Origin: Lingula anatina
Lineage: Eukaryota > Animalia > Brachiopoda
Assembly: GCA_051362555.1 (NCBI GenBank)
Contig: CM120649.1
Location: 11,966,001 to 12,030,000, forward strand
DNA length: 64,000 bases
Direction: 5' to 3'
A program made the translations under genes and the position numbers. This document shows positions 39,901 to 50,449 of this stretch, piece by piece. The notes below the pieces were generated by a model, which was given only the letters and a program-made list of their open reading frames with translations, was not told the origin of the DNA and did not search any database. Each line of letters opens with the position of its first letter. Position 1 is the first letter of the stretch.

Positions 39901-42900
39901 GAATCGAAAGCCTTTTCAAAATCAATCAAAACAAGCAAGCCTGGAATATTTCGTTTTTCTGTGATGTGCATTAGGTCATATATCAACCGTGTGTTTTCTC
40001 CTATATAGCGGCCAGCTAAAAACCCAGATTGAGAAGGGGAAATTAGTTTGTCTAATACAGTTTTCATTCGTTCAGCTATACATCCGGATATTAGTTTATA
40101 AAATACATTTAATAATGTTATAGGTCGCCAATTTTGTAAAAATTTTCTATTCTTGTCCCCTTTCGGGATACAAGTAATAATGCCGAGTTTCTGGCTAGTT
40201 GGTAACCTTTCTTTACGAAATACTTCATTTACCGTTCTGACCATAAATTCTTTCAAATCTGACCAAAAAAATTTGTAAAATTCAGTTGTAAAACCGTCGG
40301 AACCCGGAGATTTGTTATTCTTCATTTTCTTTAGGACTGTAAGAAGTTCTGTCTTGGAGATTTCTCCCTGTAGCAGTTCTTTTTCGGTATCATTTAATTT
40401 AGGCACGTATTTGATTGACAGGCAGTATGTTGCCTGGACAACGAACTAGATATAGCCAGTTCATCTAGTCCAATCTGGCTTTGTAACCAGCATAGTACTT
40501 GTGTTGTTTCCAGGGGCAGATTTAGGCCGTCTTCTGGGTCTTCCGGAAGACGGTCAGATTTTCAAGTTTACATTGACGGGTGTCTAATTTTTTCTGTTGG
40601 AAGACGGTCAAAATTGGAGGATGAATCAACAAAAATAATTTGGAAGACTGTCAGTAAATATCTCTGAATCCGCCCCTGGTTTCTGTAACGGTCTTTCTCT
40701 CTAGAGCACGTAGATTTTTAACCGTATAAATATTCAGTAGTGAGCCTGTTATGTAAATAAATTTTGTCTGATGAAGTTCTGGAGGGTGTTCACTTTCATA
40801 ACTTGGCGGTAAGTTTGCTCAGACTTCGTTTTGTGACTGCACGTGTTTTGTGCCAAAAGTAGGTCATTCTTTTCAGTACCGTGTAGGAGGAGACAAAAAG
40901 ATGTTAGTATGCATTAAAAATGATTTTTTTAAAGATTTTTGCTCCAAATTTCTCATAAACCATGACCTGTCTGTCGGACAGCCAACCCTGCAACTTCACC
41001 TGTCCGAGCTGAATTTCCCGGACAGGTGCTAATGTATTAAATAGCGTTGCATCTTTTCTGACATTTTCTCTTGCCGCATGGATACATTTATTTATAAATG
41101 ATCACGACTGCTGCTATTCTTCAGTCAAAATAACATGAAGGATTGACTATTTATTATATTTCTCCAAAAATATAGATAAAGCAAACAAATCTCACAGAAT
41201 TACATTGATGACGAAACTAATAAGCGGATGTTGATATTCGAAACTTGTCAGTACGCAGGTCCCGCGCCCTCAACATAAGATGTTATACTTGTATTACTGC
41301 GCCAGGCAGAATAAAAATAAACAACTTAACGTGCACACAAGAGATCCAAGTACGCACACAGTCGTTTTTATTTTACGGTTTACGTCGCGACTGTCAGGAA
41401 TAAAGGCATTAAAGGCATTGGTCACACACACACTCTTAAAGGGTATCGGAGTTCAAAGAAGCGTATCGGCAAAAAAAGAAGCGTATCAGCAAAAAAACTA
41501 GCGTATCGGGGCCGATACGCTATAAAGGCCTGGGGAGAACCCTGTCCGGTGACGACATACAAGCCACCAGAGGACAGAGCACGTTTTTCAAGTAAGCTGT
41601 CAAACTGAGCTGCCATTTTCTACCTGTAAGATTACTTTCTTGCATGAACATGGAACCACAAAACGTAAATTTCACACCACAGACTTTCCCTCAACATCCG
41701 CTTAGTACATCACCCGCACCTAGCAATTATAATGTTGGAGCGTATCCACAAGGGGCACCGGGTTATATGGAGCAACCGCCATGGGTCAGTGAAATCTTTG
41801 CTCAGATAGGTAACGTGTTTACCAAAATTAATGAGATTAATTTTAGACTGAACGCAATTGGTGCGCTAGAACATGAAGTGTCCCAATTTAGAGGAGACTT
41901 AAAACAAATACCCGAAAGTATGGTGCAAAGTATTGATAAGATAAACAGAAACGTGACGGAAATGGCACACAGGCAAGATAATTTGACCACCAAATTCGTA
42001 AAAATGGAGCAGGAACATGAGAAGTTTGTAGAGCAATTGTCTGATTTGAAAGCAAGATCAATGAGAGATAATTTAATCTTTACAAAAATTGATGAAGTCG
42101 GTGATGAGAATCCAACAAAATCAGAGGAGACCCTTCGAAAGTTCATGGTTGAAAAAATGAAAATAAATAAGGACAAGGTGAAATTGATCGAGTTTGACCG
42201 TGTGCATAGGATGGGAGACAAATCGAAAATCAGGGGTCCTAGACCAATTATTGCCAAACTCGTTCGTTACAAGGACCGTGAGGAAGTACGGGAATATTCA
42301 AAGAATCTAAAGGGAACTGATCACTTTGTTAACCAGCAGTTCCCACCGGAAATTATGGAACAGCGTAAAAAGCTACTCCCAGCTCTGAAAGAAGCCAGGA
42401 AAAACAACCAGCGGGCATATATATCATACAACAAGTTATATGTGGATGGAAAATTGTACACTGGACCATAGGGACACGTGGATGGACATTTAAGGGTTTG
42501 CTCATGGAATATTGCTAGATGCTTGGTGGAAAAACTTGAAAATCGTGAGCTGATTGATTATCTGCTTTATTTTGATATTGTTGCATTAAGTGAATGCTGG
42601 GTCTCTAATCATGATTTTGATAATCTCAAGATTGAGGGCTTTTGTGACCCATTTATCATACAAAGGAAAAAATCAAAAGGTGGTGGACTAGTATTATATT
42701 TTAAAAAACATTTGATGGGCAAGTATGAAATTGCTAAAATAGGTTTTGATACTTATGTATGGGTTAAATTAAAAGGTCATGCTGTGGGTCATTTAAAGGA
42801 TGTCTTTATTTGTTTTTGTTATATATCTCCTGAAAACACGAAGTATTACGATGTATACGATGTGAATATTTTTGATGAATTACAACAAGATGTTGGTAAT

Positions 42901-45900
42901 TATTCTCAAGATGGAAAAGTTATGATAATCGGTGACTTAAATTCTAGAGTAGGTTTAGAACTTGACAGAATAGAGTCTGATAAACTGGCAGAGGACAGCC
43001 AGGCTTTACTGTCCAATATCTGCTCATATATTAGTGACAATACAATCATACGACCAAATAGATGCTCAAATGATAAAAAGATAAATAATCAAGGTAGAGA
43101 ATTATTAAGATTGTGCAGAACAACAGGTCTAACGATAGTGAATGGCAGGCACACTGATGATAAAGAGGGTAAATTTACTTTTTGTTGTAAAAAATGCTCA
43201 AGTGTCTTGGATTATTGCATTGTTGATGAAACCATGTGGTATTGCATTTACAACTTTAAGGTAGATGAATTCATGGAATATGCAGACCACGCACCATTAG
43301 CAGTTACACTTTACTCATTGGCTGATCAGCCACACAGTAATTATCAGGGGCAAGGTATACATTACTCAGGGCAACAAACAAGGTACACATTCGATCTATT
43401 TAAATGGAATGACAAGGATATCCAAAGCATGGAAAATAAATTAGTAGCTAATCTAGAAATACTAACTGGAATAATATCTGATTTGGATAGCAATACAGTG
43501 GACTCGGCAATGGAATCTTTTACTGAAATTCTGAACGATATTACGGGAGGATGCAAACAAACAGTTACTCAGCACAGAAATAAAAATAAACCCTCGGGGG
43601 ATAATAAGCCATATGGTTTGATAGCCAGTGCAAGGAAAAGCACAAAGAATATAGGAAAGCTTTATCACAATTTAATGCATATAAAACAGATGAAAATAGA
43701 ATAAAATTGTGTAATATTAAGTCAGAATACAAGGAAATGGTGAAGAAAAAAAGGAGTCATTACAACAAGTGCGAGGAAAATAGGATCTCATATATGCGTA
43801 AGAACAATCCAAAGGAATTTTTCAAGAAATTCAGAAAAAGGACAAGCACCAACTATAATGGACCGGAAGCAGAGGACTTTTTCTTACACTTTAAAAACCT
43901 CCTGTCAGATGATCAACCTGCTAATAACCTTGCTCTGGATAATGCAGATGAATACTTGACACACGCGGTATTCAAAGAGCTTGATGAAGAATTTACTAAT
44001 GAGGAAATAAAAGCAGTTGTTCAACATAGTCGTACAGGAAGAAGTCCAGGTCTAGATCATACCTTTAACGAGTTTTACAAAAGATTTCAACACATAACCA
44101 TACCATTGCTTACTAAATTGTTTAATAAGATTTTAGAGGTTGGTATTTTTCCGTCAAAGTGGAAAAAAGCTATAATAGTACCAATATTTAAAAAGGGGGA
44201 TCCTATAGTCACTGGCAATTATAGAGGTATTTCACTTCTAAGTCATACTGCAAAAATATTCACCTCTGTAATCAACAACAGATTAATGAAATGGAGTGCT
44301 AATCATGATGTAATATCTGACAGTCAATTTGGTTTTAAACCAGGTAGTGGGACACGGGACGCTATTTTTTCCCTGAGCGGAGTAATTACTGACACTCTTA
44401 GAAGGAAAAAGCGACTATACTGTTGTTTTGTTGATTACTCGAAAGCGTTCGATTCAGTCAATAGAAATTTATTATGGGGAAAGCTAATAAAAGAGGGACT
44501 TACTGGAAAATTGTTGAAAATAATTGTTAGTTTATATACTGAATTTAAAGCATGTGTCAGATGCAAGGGTTTAAATAGCACTTATTTTGATGTTGATATT
44601 GGACTACTCCAGGGAGAGGCATTATCTCCTTTAATGTATTCTCTTTATGTGAATGACTTTGAGAGTTTCTTGTTTTCAGAGAAGTGTAATGGGTTGCAAC
44701 TAAGGGATTTGAATCTTTATTTATTGCTCTATGCAGATGATACTGTATTATTTTCTGAATCTGTTACAGAACTCCAAAATATGTTAGACAAACTTAAACT
44801 ATATTCAGATGATTGGAATTTGACAGTTAACACAGACAAATCTTATATTGTAGTATTCAGAAATGGTGGTATTGTGGCGGATCATGAAAACTGGTATTAT
44901 AATGGTAACAAATTGGAGGTTGTGAATTATTTCTCATATCTAGGGCTGGTCATCAATTATAATGGAAAATTCTCCCTCACACAGAAGTTTATTGCAAGTC
45001 AAGGAAGAAAAGTCATGTATAGAGTAACAAATTTATGTCGAAACATGAAAATTAATGTTGAAACAGAGATTTTTCTTTTTGACACGTATGTATTACCTAT
45101 TCTGAACTATGCAAGTGAAACATGGGGTTTTCACAGGTCTCAAGAAATCGAAAAGGTTCACCTCCTTTTTTGCAAATTACTACTGGGGGTAAACAAAAAG
45201 CCACGACAGCAATGGTATACAGTGAACTAGGGCGATTGCCACTGAAACTTAATAGATATATTTGTATTATAAAATACTGGTTGAAACTTTTGACTACTGA
45301 CAATTGCATTTTAAATGGTGTTTATCTAAATCTTCTTGAGACCTGTAATGATCATGAAAATTGGGCTACAGCAGTAAGAAGATTATTATCAAATCATGGT
45401 TTTTCCTATGTATGGGAAGCTCAACATGTCACAAATGAAGCTAAATTTATTGAAGAATTCAAGGGTAGAGTGAAGGACAACTTGTTGCAAGAAATTAGGT
45501 CTACAATAGATGTATCTTCAAAATGTTTCATTTATAGACATTTGGTAGACAATCACAGCCTGCAATTTTACCTGCAGAAAAATTTAACATATAGATATAG
45601 ACAATTAATTTGTAAATTTAGAACTTCATCCCATTCTTTAAGAATAGAGAAGGGTAGATATAGTAATATCCCTCGTAACCAAAGAATTTGTCAGTATTGC
45701 TCAAATGATAATGTTGTGGAAGATGAGTATCATTTTATTTTGATATGTAAATTGTACTCTGACTTTAGAAGAGTTTATATCAAACAGTATTACTGGCGAA
45801 GGCCATCTACTTTCAAACTAGTACAGTTATTAAGTACACATAATGTTACTGACCTAAGAAATTTAGCTAGATTCCTGTGTGCTGCCTCTAAGCTTAGAGA

Positions 45901-48900
45901 GGACACTATAAGTTTTTGAGTTGATCCAACAATATTTGTTTATTGGTATACTATATAATTACTATATAATACTAGCCTTATAAAGAAAAGTCACACTGCA
46001 ATTTTTTTTTTTTTTAAAGATATATAAGTCTATCCATCCACCACTTTTTTAGGTACTCCAATATGTCAACAGTGGTTGCCGCCTCCACCTACCACAAATG
46101 TTATACTTTCTATGGTTATATGCCTATGTCAAGTGGATTCGGCAATAAACTATACTATACTTTCCAATAACTGATAACAATTCAAGCCCATTCACCTTTC
46201 TTACCTGAGAGGTTTATATCCTCATGAAGCCAGGTGTCTGTCTATTCAATTATTTAACTAGCATTTAATTACGGTTATCCCAACTAGTATATAATAAAGC
46301 AGTCAAATGACTCGAGGGTATTTTGATCATTCAATATTAGGTCCATGCTATTTGCGAAAAAGTTTTGCATAAAGATGCAGTACTTGAGTTTCAAATTATA
46401 AATCTTTAATATCCTTTAATATTTCAGTTTTAGAAACAAATATTTTCTGAAAACAAAAAAACGCTTTATTTCGTATAACGAATTGAGATTACAAACCACT
46501 TTATTATATATATAACTGCAAGAAAACCAAGAAAGCTGGCAAGGCCAGGGCTAGTCACCCTTGTGAAAATTTAAAGTTCCTAGGTGTTCACTCCTCATGT
46601 GTAAAAACAATATAGGGAATATTTCAAAATACTCACTGAGCATACGAGGTTCAAGAGCTTCTAAAAACTCGAGGCTGGTAATGAGGTAGAAAGCATCTGT
46701 GGGGTACTTCTGTTTAAGGCAGGCTCTGTCAACTGCTTTTGGCCACCTAGTAACAATTCCTTTTCTTCTGCTCCACTTCAAGTTGTCCTTGTCTGGCTTT
46801 GTTATATCGTTTAAAGACAGGCTGTAGTACATTTCATCGAGTAGTTTGCCAATAACACGGAATTCTTCCAAGTCACGAAATGCTTTTAAAACATACCGGG
46901 GAAGAAGAGAAACCATTTTATGAACATCTCCAGACTTCAAACGCTCAAGTAATGGTCTTGCTAAAAATGGTGGACTGGCTTTAGATGAATAAGAAATAAT
47001 GATCGAGGTAATGTGTATCAATTGCCTGACTGGTAGCATATAACATCTACTCTGCAAGTGCCTGGTTAATAATGACACCAGCTCATTATCCCTGATGCCA
47101 TAAAATGGATGTGCCAACACTGCAATACATTCTAAAATCATTCTTAATTCACGTGGATGCCCATTTAAGTCATTCCAACAATGCAGAAAACACATTGTGA
47201 ACTCTTTCTGACTTGCTTTTTTGACTGACCAAAGAATGCTATGGTCACTTAGTAGCATTTCTGCTACCTCTATCAGGCTGAAGACACTCCCCTGACGTAA
47301 ACTTTGAAAGAGTTCCTCTTGCAAGATCCACCAGTCAGTATCCTTAAACAAACCAGTGCTTACTGCACAAAGCAAACGCCCAAAATCTGGACCTAGCAAA
47401 TGACTACTACCTTTCTCCATATTTACATCAACATCAACTTGGGGTATCAAATCAGTCTTGTATTTTGAGTTACTTAAAGGTTCAATGCCATGGAACCCAG
47501 ATATGGATTGTACACAGCTGTTGAGAACACTACGGCGCAAACTAACTGCACGATGGTTTAAATTACCAATAACCATAAGACCTTGCCGTGTGATATGGTG
47601 GCCAAGAACAGAGACAACATCTTCTTTGTTGGCTTGCAGAGTGGAAAAGACAATCTCCTGCAGGGGAAAGTATTCATCTGTATTAATACTTCTATTTGGA
47701 CTGTAAAGGCCAAATTTTCTTGGGGCAGACATAAACAATATAACATGCTTGATAATCTCGGCAGCATTTTGGTTGAGAAAACCGAGATCATGCTTCTCCA
47801 CCTCTGAATTGATGCGACTGGCAACATCCCTAAACATGTTGTCGCTCATAAAATGACTCAATTTTTCAGCTATTTGTAAAACTGATACCAGATCATGGTG
47901 TTCAAAACCCTTTTCATTTTCCCTAAGTACATCTTTGAAGCGTTCCACTACCTGAAAAAGAAATAATTATGAGTACAGTAACTGTAAAATTCACACACTC
48001 ATCATCCTCAACTTTAACATGTTTTCATAAGGCTACATTTTATTAAATTTATCAAAACAGCAGGTGTTTGTACAACAGAAATGGTTAAATTGTTCCCTAT
48101 TTATTGGTCAGAGAAAGTTTTTCTAAAAGTCTGTGTCTGTGCATAAAAATGGCATGCCTTTTTAATGTCTATTTCTAAACCTCAAACTTTGACTGCTTAA
48201 AAGCTGAACAAAAACTGCTAAAGACTTTTTTTTCATTTCAGGAAGGAGAAATTCATACTGGAGACTTGGTTTTTTAGCATTTTTTCTTTTTTTTTAAATT
48301 CAACATAGCCACACACAAAAAAAAAAAAAAAAAAAAAAAAATGCTGTAAAGCTTGTAATGGCAGTGGTTGGTAATGCAATGTATTTTTGATGTTTTATAT
48401 CTTCACATTTGTCAGAGCAGCAGCTGCATTAAGCCTGGTTTATTTTCTGAAATTAACCTGAGGAAATCATAGACTGGGTTCTCACACCTAGATAAATCCA
48501 ACAGGATCGATCCATCTCCAAGGTTTTTTCTTTTTTTTTGGCTAAATTGCCATCAGCTTAAGCAGCTTAGATGTCTGGCACGCCTACTGGAGCTGCTAAA
48601 CAATAGTTAATTATCTCCAGCAGCTTCAATAGGTGTGACAGACATCTAAGCTGCTTAAATTGATTGCAATCAAGCTAGAATCCCCTTGGAGAAAGATCGA
48701 TCCACAGTAAGTACAAGGGACTGGGAACTGCCCTATAGACGTACTCTTTTCATCTACCGCCATGCTGATATTGTAGATTGATTGGAAAATAAACACCATG
48801 TCAACTTCCAGTAATTTCATAAGTTTACCATACATTTTTTAACTTCAAGATTAAAGCAGTTATTAAAAACTCATTTTAATGTCCTTTGCAGACATTTCAG

Positions 48901-49725
48901 GATTAAAACAATTATTTTTATTTTACTGACATAAATTACTTTTTGTTTAAATATAATTATTAAAAAGAACTACAAAAACCATAAGTACTCACACACCTCA
49001 GATATAACATCCCCTCTCCAAGCAGCTTTCTCTGTGATAAACAACTGTTGGCAGACTGCTGATAGGGGTACTAGAGCTGGCAGGTCAGCAGTGCCACAGC
49101 GCTGGACACAGGTCAGCAACAGGTCCCACGTCACCACCGGATGAATAAAGTGGACACCCAACTGCATCAAGTTAAGCACCAGAGTGGACAATGACTTTAA
49201 TTCCATTGCGTCTTTTTCCTCATCAGCTTTGTCTAATATCATGTTCAGTTCTGTCTCGACCTTTTTTAAATGAGGAGAAAGACACCTGTTGATGTCGTTT
49301 TGAAGGTACAATTCTCTATAACATATCGCTGGGTCAGATTTATCAAGCCAGTTGATATTGAGGCTTTCATATACTTCCTGTTTTATTTTCTGCATAAGTT
49401 CCACAACCTCTTTCCCACCTGCATTACCCATATCTGTGTGGTAGTTGACAACCCCCTGCTGTCTACTACAAAAGAAGAGGTTTTTACCAAGATCTCCAGC
49501 ACAAGGAATTGTCTTCTTCAAGCTACACATGTTGTATGTGCAGTATGCTGTTGAACACCTTGCTGTGTTAAGCTTCCTGGGATATAGCCTGCCACTGAAA
49601 CTGGATATCTTGTGAAATCCTGTGGCCTTTCTTGTTATCTGAACACCCCTCCCTGTGCCACTGCTCTTCAAAATGTGACCAGGTCCAAAGGCACGTAGGC
49701 TCTTGCTAAAAGACCCCATTGGCAT
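23594..49725 (-). CDS. FASTKD1: FAST kinase domain-containing mitochondrial RNA-binding protein, FASTKD1-like, copy A (about 872 aa, 7 coding exons)
   Basis: Exons 48997-49725, 46637-47951, 27866-28000 (..LLNINRAAVLECPELRIPW..), 27209-27322 (..LVSILGG..SPFLHHI), 25878-25953 (DFEMQFDSQNRPIP..), 24693-24801 (VAIN..RQLEILGYKVVM), 23594-23734 (LFPKIWES..EFLRQAI..stop). They sum to 2619 nt with matching phases. FAST-like NRxxxLECP..PW and RAP-like LEILGYxV..W..FL motifs; basic, acid-free N-terminus suggests a mitochondrial presequence. Confidence 0.85.
24277..24505. mobile_element. Hairpin MITE
   Basis: Inverted arms including taaccaacacaccgtaaaagtatttacca / tggtaaatacttttacggtgtgttggtta. Confidence 0.7.
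26252..26557. mobile_element. Kolobok-type MITE (TTAA TSD)
   Basis: ttaa|agggataacaactgttc..gaacagttgttatccct|ttaa. Confidence 0.8.
26760..26889. mobile_element. MITE with TACCCTCTACCAGGG TIR
   Basis: Perfect arms taccctctaccagggcgactgatagatttttacgg; extra TIR ends abut both sides. Confidence 0.8.
28207..30315. mobile_element. Non-autonomous Helentron-type element carrying a ~145-bp satellite array
   Basis: Start aa|ctagaggatcagagaggcgataccgcctc (short hairpin). aggtcaaaggtcaattt recurs at about 28599, 28701, 28842, 28987, 29133, 29277, 29423. Terminal 11-bp-stem hairpin agtaccgccag-catacaca-ctggcggtact shares taccgcc with the start. Confidence 0.8.
31359..33436. mobile_element. Non-autonomous TIR element with 20-bp subterminal tandem arrays (IS3EU-like by termini)
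   Basis: TIR tgcggtggcccacaagtgcactccaaattccaaac at both ends; arrays of aacctcactccgaattcgta variants at about 31390-31730 and inverted at 33085-33400; 6-bp flanks atattc/ctattc. Confidence 0.8.
32420..32680. mobile_element. MITE, CAGTGG/CAGGGG family nested in the TIR element
   Basis: cagtggtggatt..ggatccacccctg with exact 5-bp TSD ACATG. Confidence 0.8.
34072..35898 (-). CDS. L1/Tx1 ORF2, RT C-terminal part and CCHC domain
   Basis: Open frame HLSEYFRISRGCRQGDPLSP..QYADD..SGLAINKSKT..CSLCGVAREDISHTFFQC. Confidence 0.85.
   Translation of the reverse strand, partial: HLSEYFRISRGCRQGDPLSPYIFILCAEILSLLIKNNSDITGIKIGNTEFRISQYADDTTLILNGSRLSFLAAFNTLDFFSKISGLAINKSKTKLIWIGAKKFSKEVFHHVRWKMNWVYDSFNLLGIEFTLNLQDMIKTNFEQYIVKIKRMLQQWERRPLTPIGKITVLKTLVVPMLNHLFISLPNPDETYMKLLNTMFFQFIWGKKTEKVKRSVITGNYEQGGLKMLDLFDFIASLKCTWIRRIYRTDNIYAPLLQAIFDRDVISYIFTFGNVYLDKLIKDCSNCFWKDVLVSWKLVLTRLLERKSIISVEPIWYSDNFKIGGKPVFIRKWFNKGVKIVSDFLENNRILTKEEFEQKFSLQNCCALTFYGIRNSIKHRLMNKTHNDVLEITSHPFLPQAVELLIKHSKGCRDFYQTLYKPATRMTNEKKWNAKSNFDVHWKDVYKNCFETTKNTKLQWFQYRIIHRLLPVKSYLKTIGIENDDVCSLCGVAREDISHTFFQCAYSKKIWEELKAYIFNRTNKNITFNEKCILFGYPTNPNSPINFVILCTKFYIYKSFKKKECMRLSSLINYIKDQFIIEKFNALKKLNLTNFEKKWENWSDMFEFN
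35906..39785. mobile_element. P-element-like non-autonomous DNA transposon (3.9 kb)
   Basis: Perfect 31-bp TIR caaggagttataacagaaggagattacacgc; 7-bp TSD ACCGCAC at 35899-35905 and 39786-39792. CAAGG termini with a 7-8 bp TSD fit the P superfamily; no transposase ORF seen. Confidence 0.85.
39786..40406 (-). CDS. L1/Tx1 ORF2, RT N-terminal part
   Basis: KMKNNKSPGSDGFTTEFYKFFW..NWRPITLLN..QSGFLAGR..DFEKAFDSV; frame runs into the P-like TIR. Confidence 0.85.
40511..40678. mobile_element. MITE, CAGGGGC family (5-bp TSD)
   Basis: caggggcagatt..aatccgcccctg, exact TSD GTTTC. Confidence 0.8.
41644..42471 (+). CDS. LINE ORF1p (coiled coil plus L1-type RRM/CTD)
   Basis: 275 aa; heptad-rich middle, then RSMRDNLIF, FDRVHRMG, PRPIIAK, RKKLLP, NKLYVDG. 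Confidence 0.88.
   Translation: MNMEPQNVNFTPQTFPQHPLSTSPAPSNYNVGAYPQGAPGYMEQPPWVSEIFAQIGNVFTKINEINFRLNAIGALEHEVSQFRGDLKQIPESMVQSIDKINRNVTEMAHRQDNLTTKFVKMEQEHEKFVEQLSDLKARSMRDNLIFTKIDEVGDENPTKSEETLRKFMVEKMKINKDKVKLIEFDRVHRMGDKSKIRGPRPIIAKLVRYKDREEVREYSKNLKGTDHFVNQQFPPEIMEQRKKLLPALKEARKNNQRAYISYNKLYVDGKLYTGP
42478..45919 (+). pseudogene. LINE ORF2 (APE endonuclease + RT + CCHC) with two frameshifts
   Basis: SWN, SECW, GDLNSR, LDY and DH endonuclease motifs; YRGISLL, QFGF, QGEALSP and YADD RT motifs. +2 frameshift at about 43612 (cca-ta-tgg restores KPWFDSQC) and 1-nt frameshift at about 45195 in an A-run. Confidence 0.88.
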
Positions 49726-50136
49726 CACTATAATAATAATAATAATAATAATAATAATTTCTTAAAAGCTGAACTCCCAAAATCTCAATTTGCCTTTATA
49801 ATAATACTTTATCCTTTGAAAAAACTGACTAAAGACAACTTGGGCAATGGTGAAAACCTTTTTTAATTTTTTAGATTTATAGATTTTTAAAAAATAACTC
49901 GACAGCAAAGCAAATTAACACATACAAAACTCATACACACAAAAAATATTACAACAATAATTACAAACAATTTTCATGATAGTTCATAAAACACAAAAAC
50001 AAAACTGCAAACTTCTTTTGAGTTATATACCAAAATTATAACTCATATTATGAGAAGAAAAGCTAATCTACCTCAACTTTCAGACATGAAAAAAAATGAC
50101 TTAATTACTAATACTAAAAGTTTCCCTGCTGATTTA

Positions 50137-50449
50137 GGGACCATTCAGAATGAGAAGAGCTGAATGCTAGCTAGGCCATGACCTAAATATGGTGGACCTA
50201 CGTGAAAGGTAGCCCACTTAATCCTGTAATGGTCCCTCCGTCTCTCACACGCCTCTCCACGTATAGTTCCTGCAGGAGCACAGTAATTAAATCTCGGCTC
50301 AATTCAACCAGTTGAGGGACGATGCATGGGGAGCTATGTGAGAGGCGGAGAGACCATTACAGGATTTAGCAGTCTTCTTTTCACGTAGGTCCACCATATT
50401 TAGGTCGTGGCCTAGCTAGCACTCGTTTCTTCTCATTCTGAATGGTCCC
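50137..50449. mobile_element. PIF/Harbinger-type MITE
   Basis: gggaccattcagaatgagaag..cttctcattctgaatggtccc, TSD TTA; only one half survives in the right arm (about 56855-56976). Confidence 0.8.

Larger units (their letters stand above)
33817..40404 (-). mobile_element. 5'-truncated L1/Tx1-clade LINE, interrupted by a P-like element
   Basis: RT N-part 39786-40406 (KSPGSDG, NWRPITLL, QSGF, DFEKAFD) joins 35898-34072 (QGDPLSP, YADD, C-terminal CSLC..H..C). Poly-A tail at 33817-33840; TSD ACGTATTT at 33809-33816 and 40405-40412. Confidence 0.92.
41260..46161 (+). mobile_element. Near full-length two-ORF LINE, RTE-X-like (5' boundary approximate)
   Basis: ORF1 plus APE-RT ORF2 with ELGRLPL, FRTSSHSLRIEKGRY and CQYC..VEDEYHFILIC motifs; 3' end aataaa followed by (ctata)n. 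Clade assignment from motif memory. Confidence 0.85.

Noticed and set aside
46551-46636. C-terminal tail EYFEIFP..KGD of the 465-aa and 460-aa ORFs
   Set aside because: Read-through into intron; both copies have a GTRAGT donor whose phase fits the next FAST exon.
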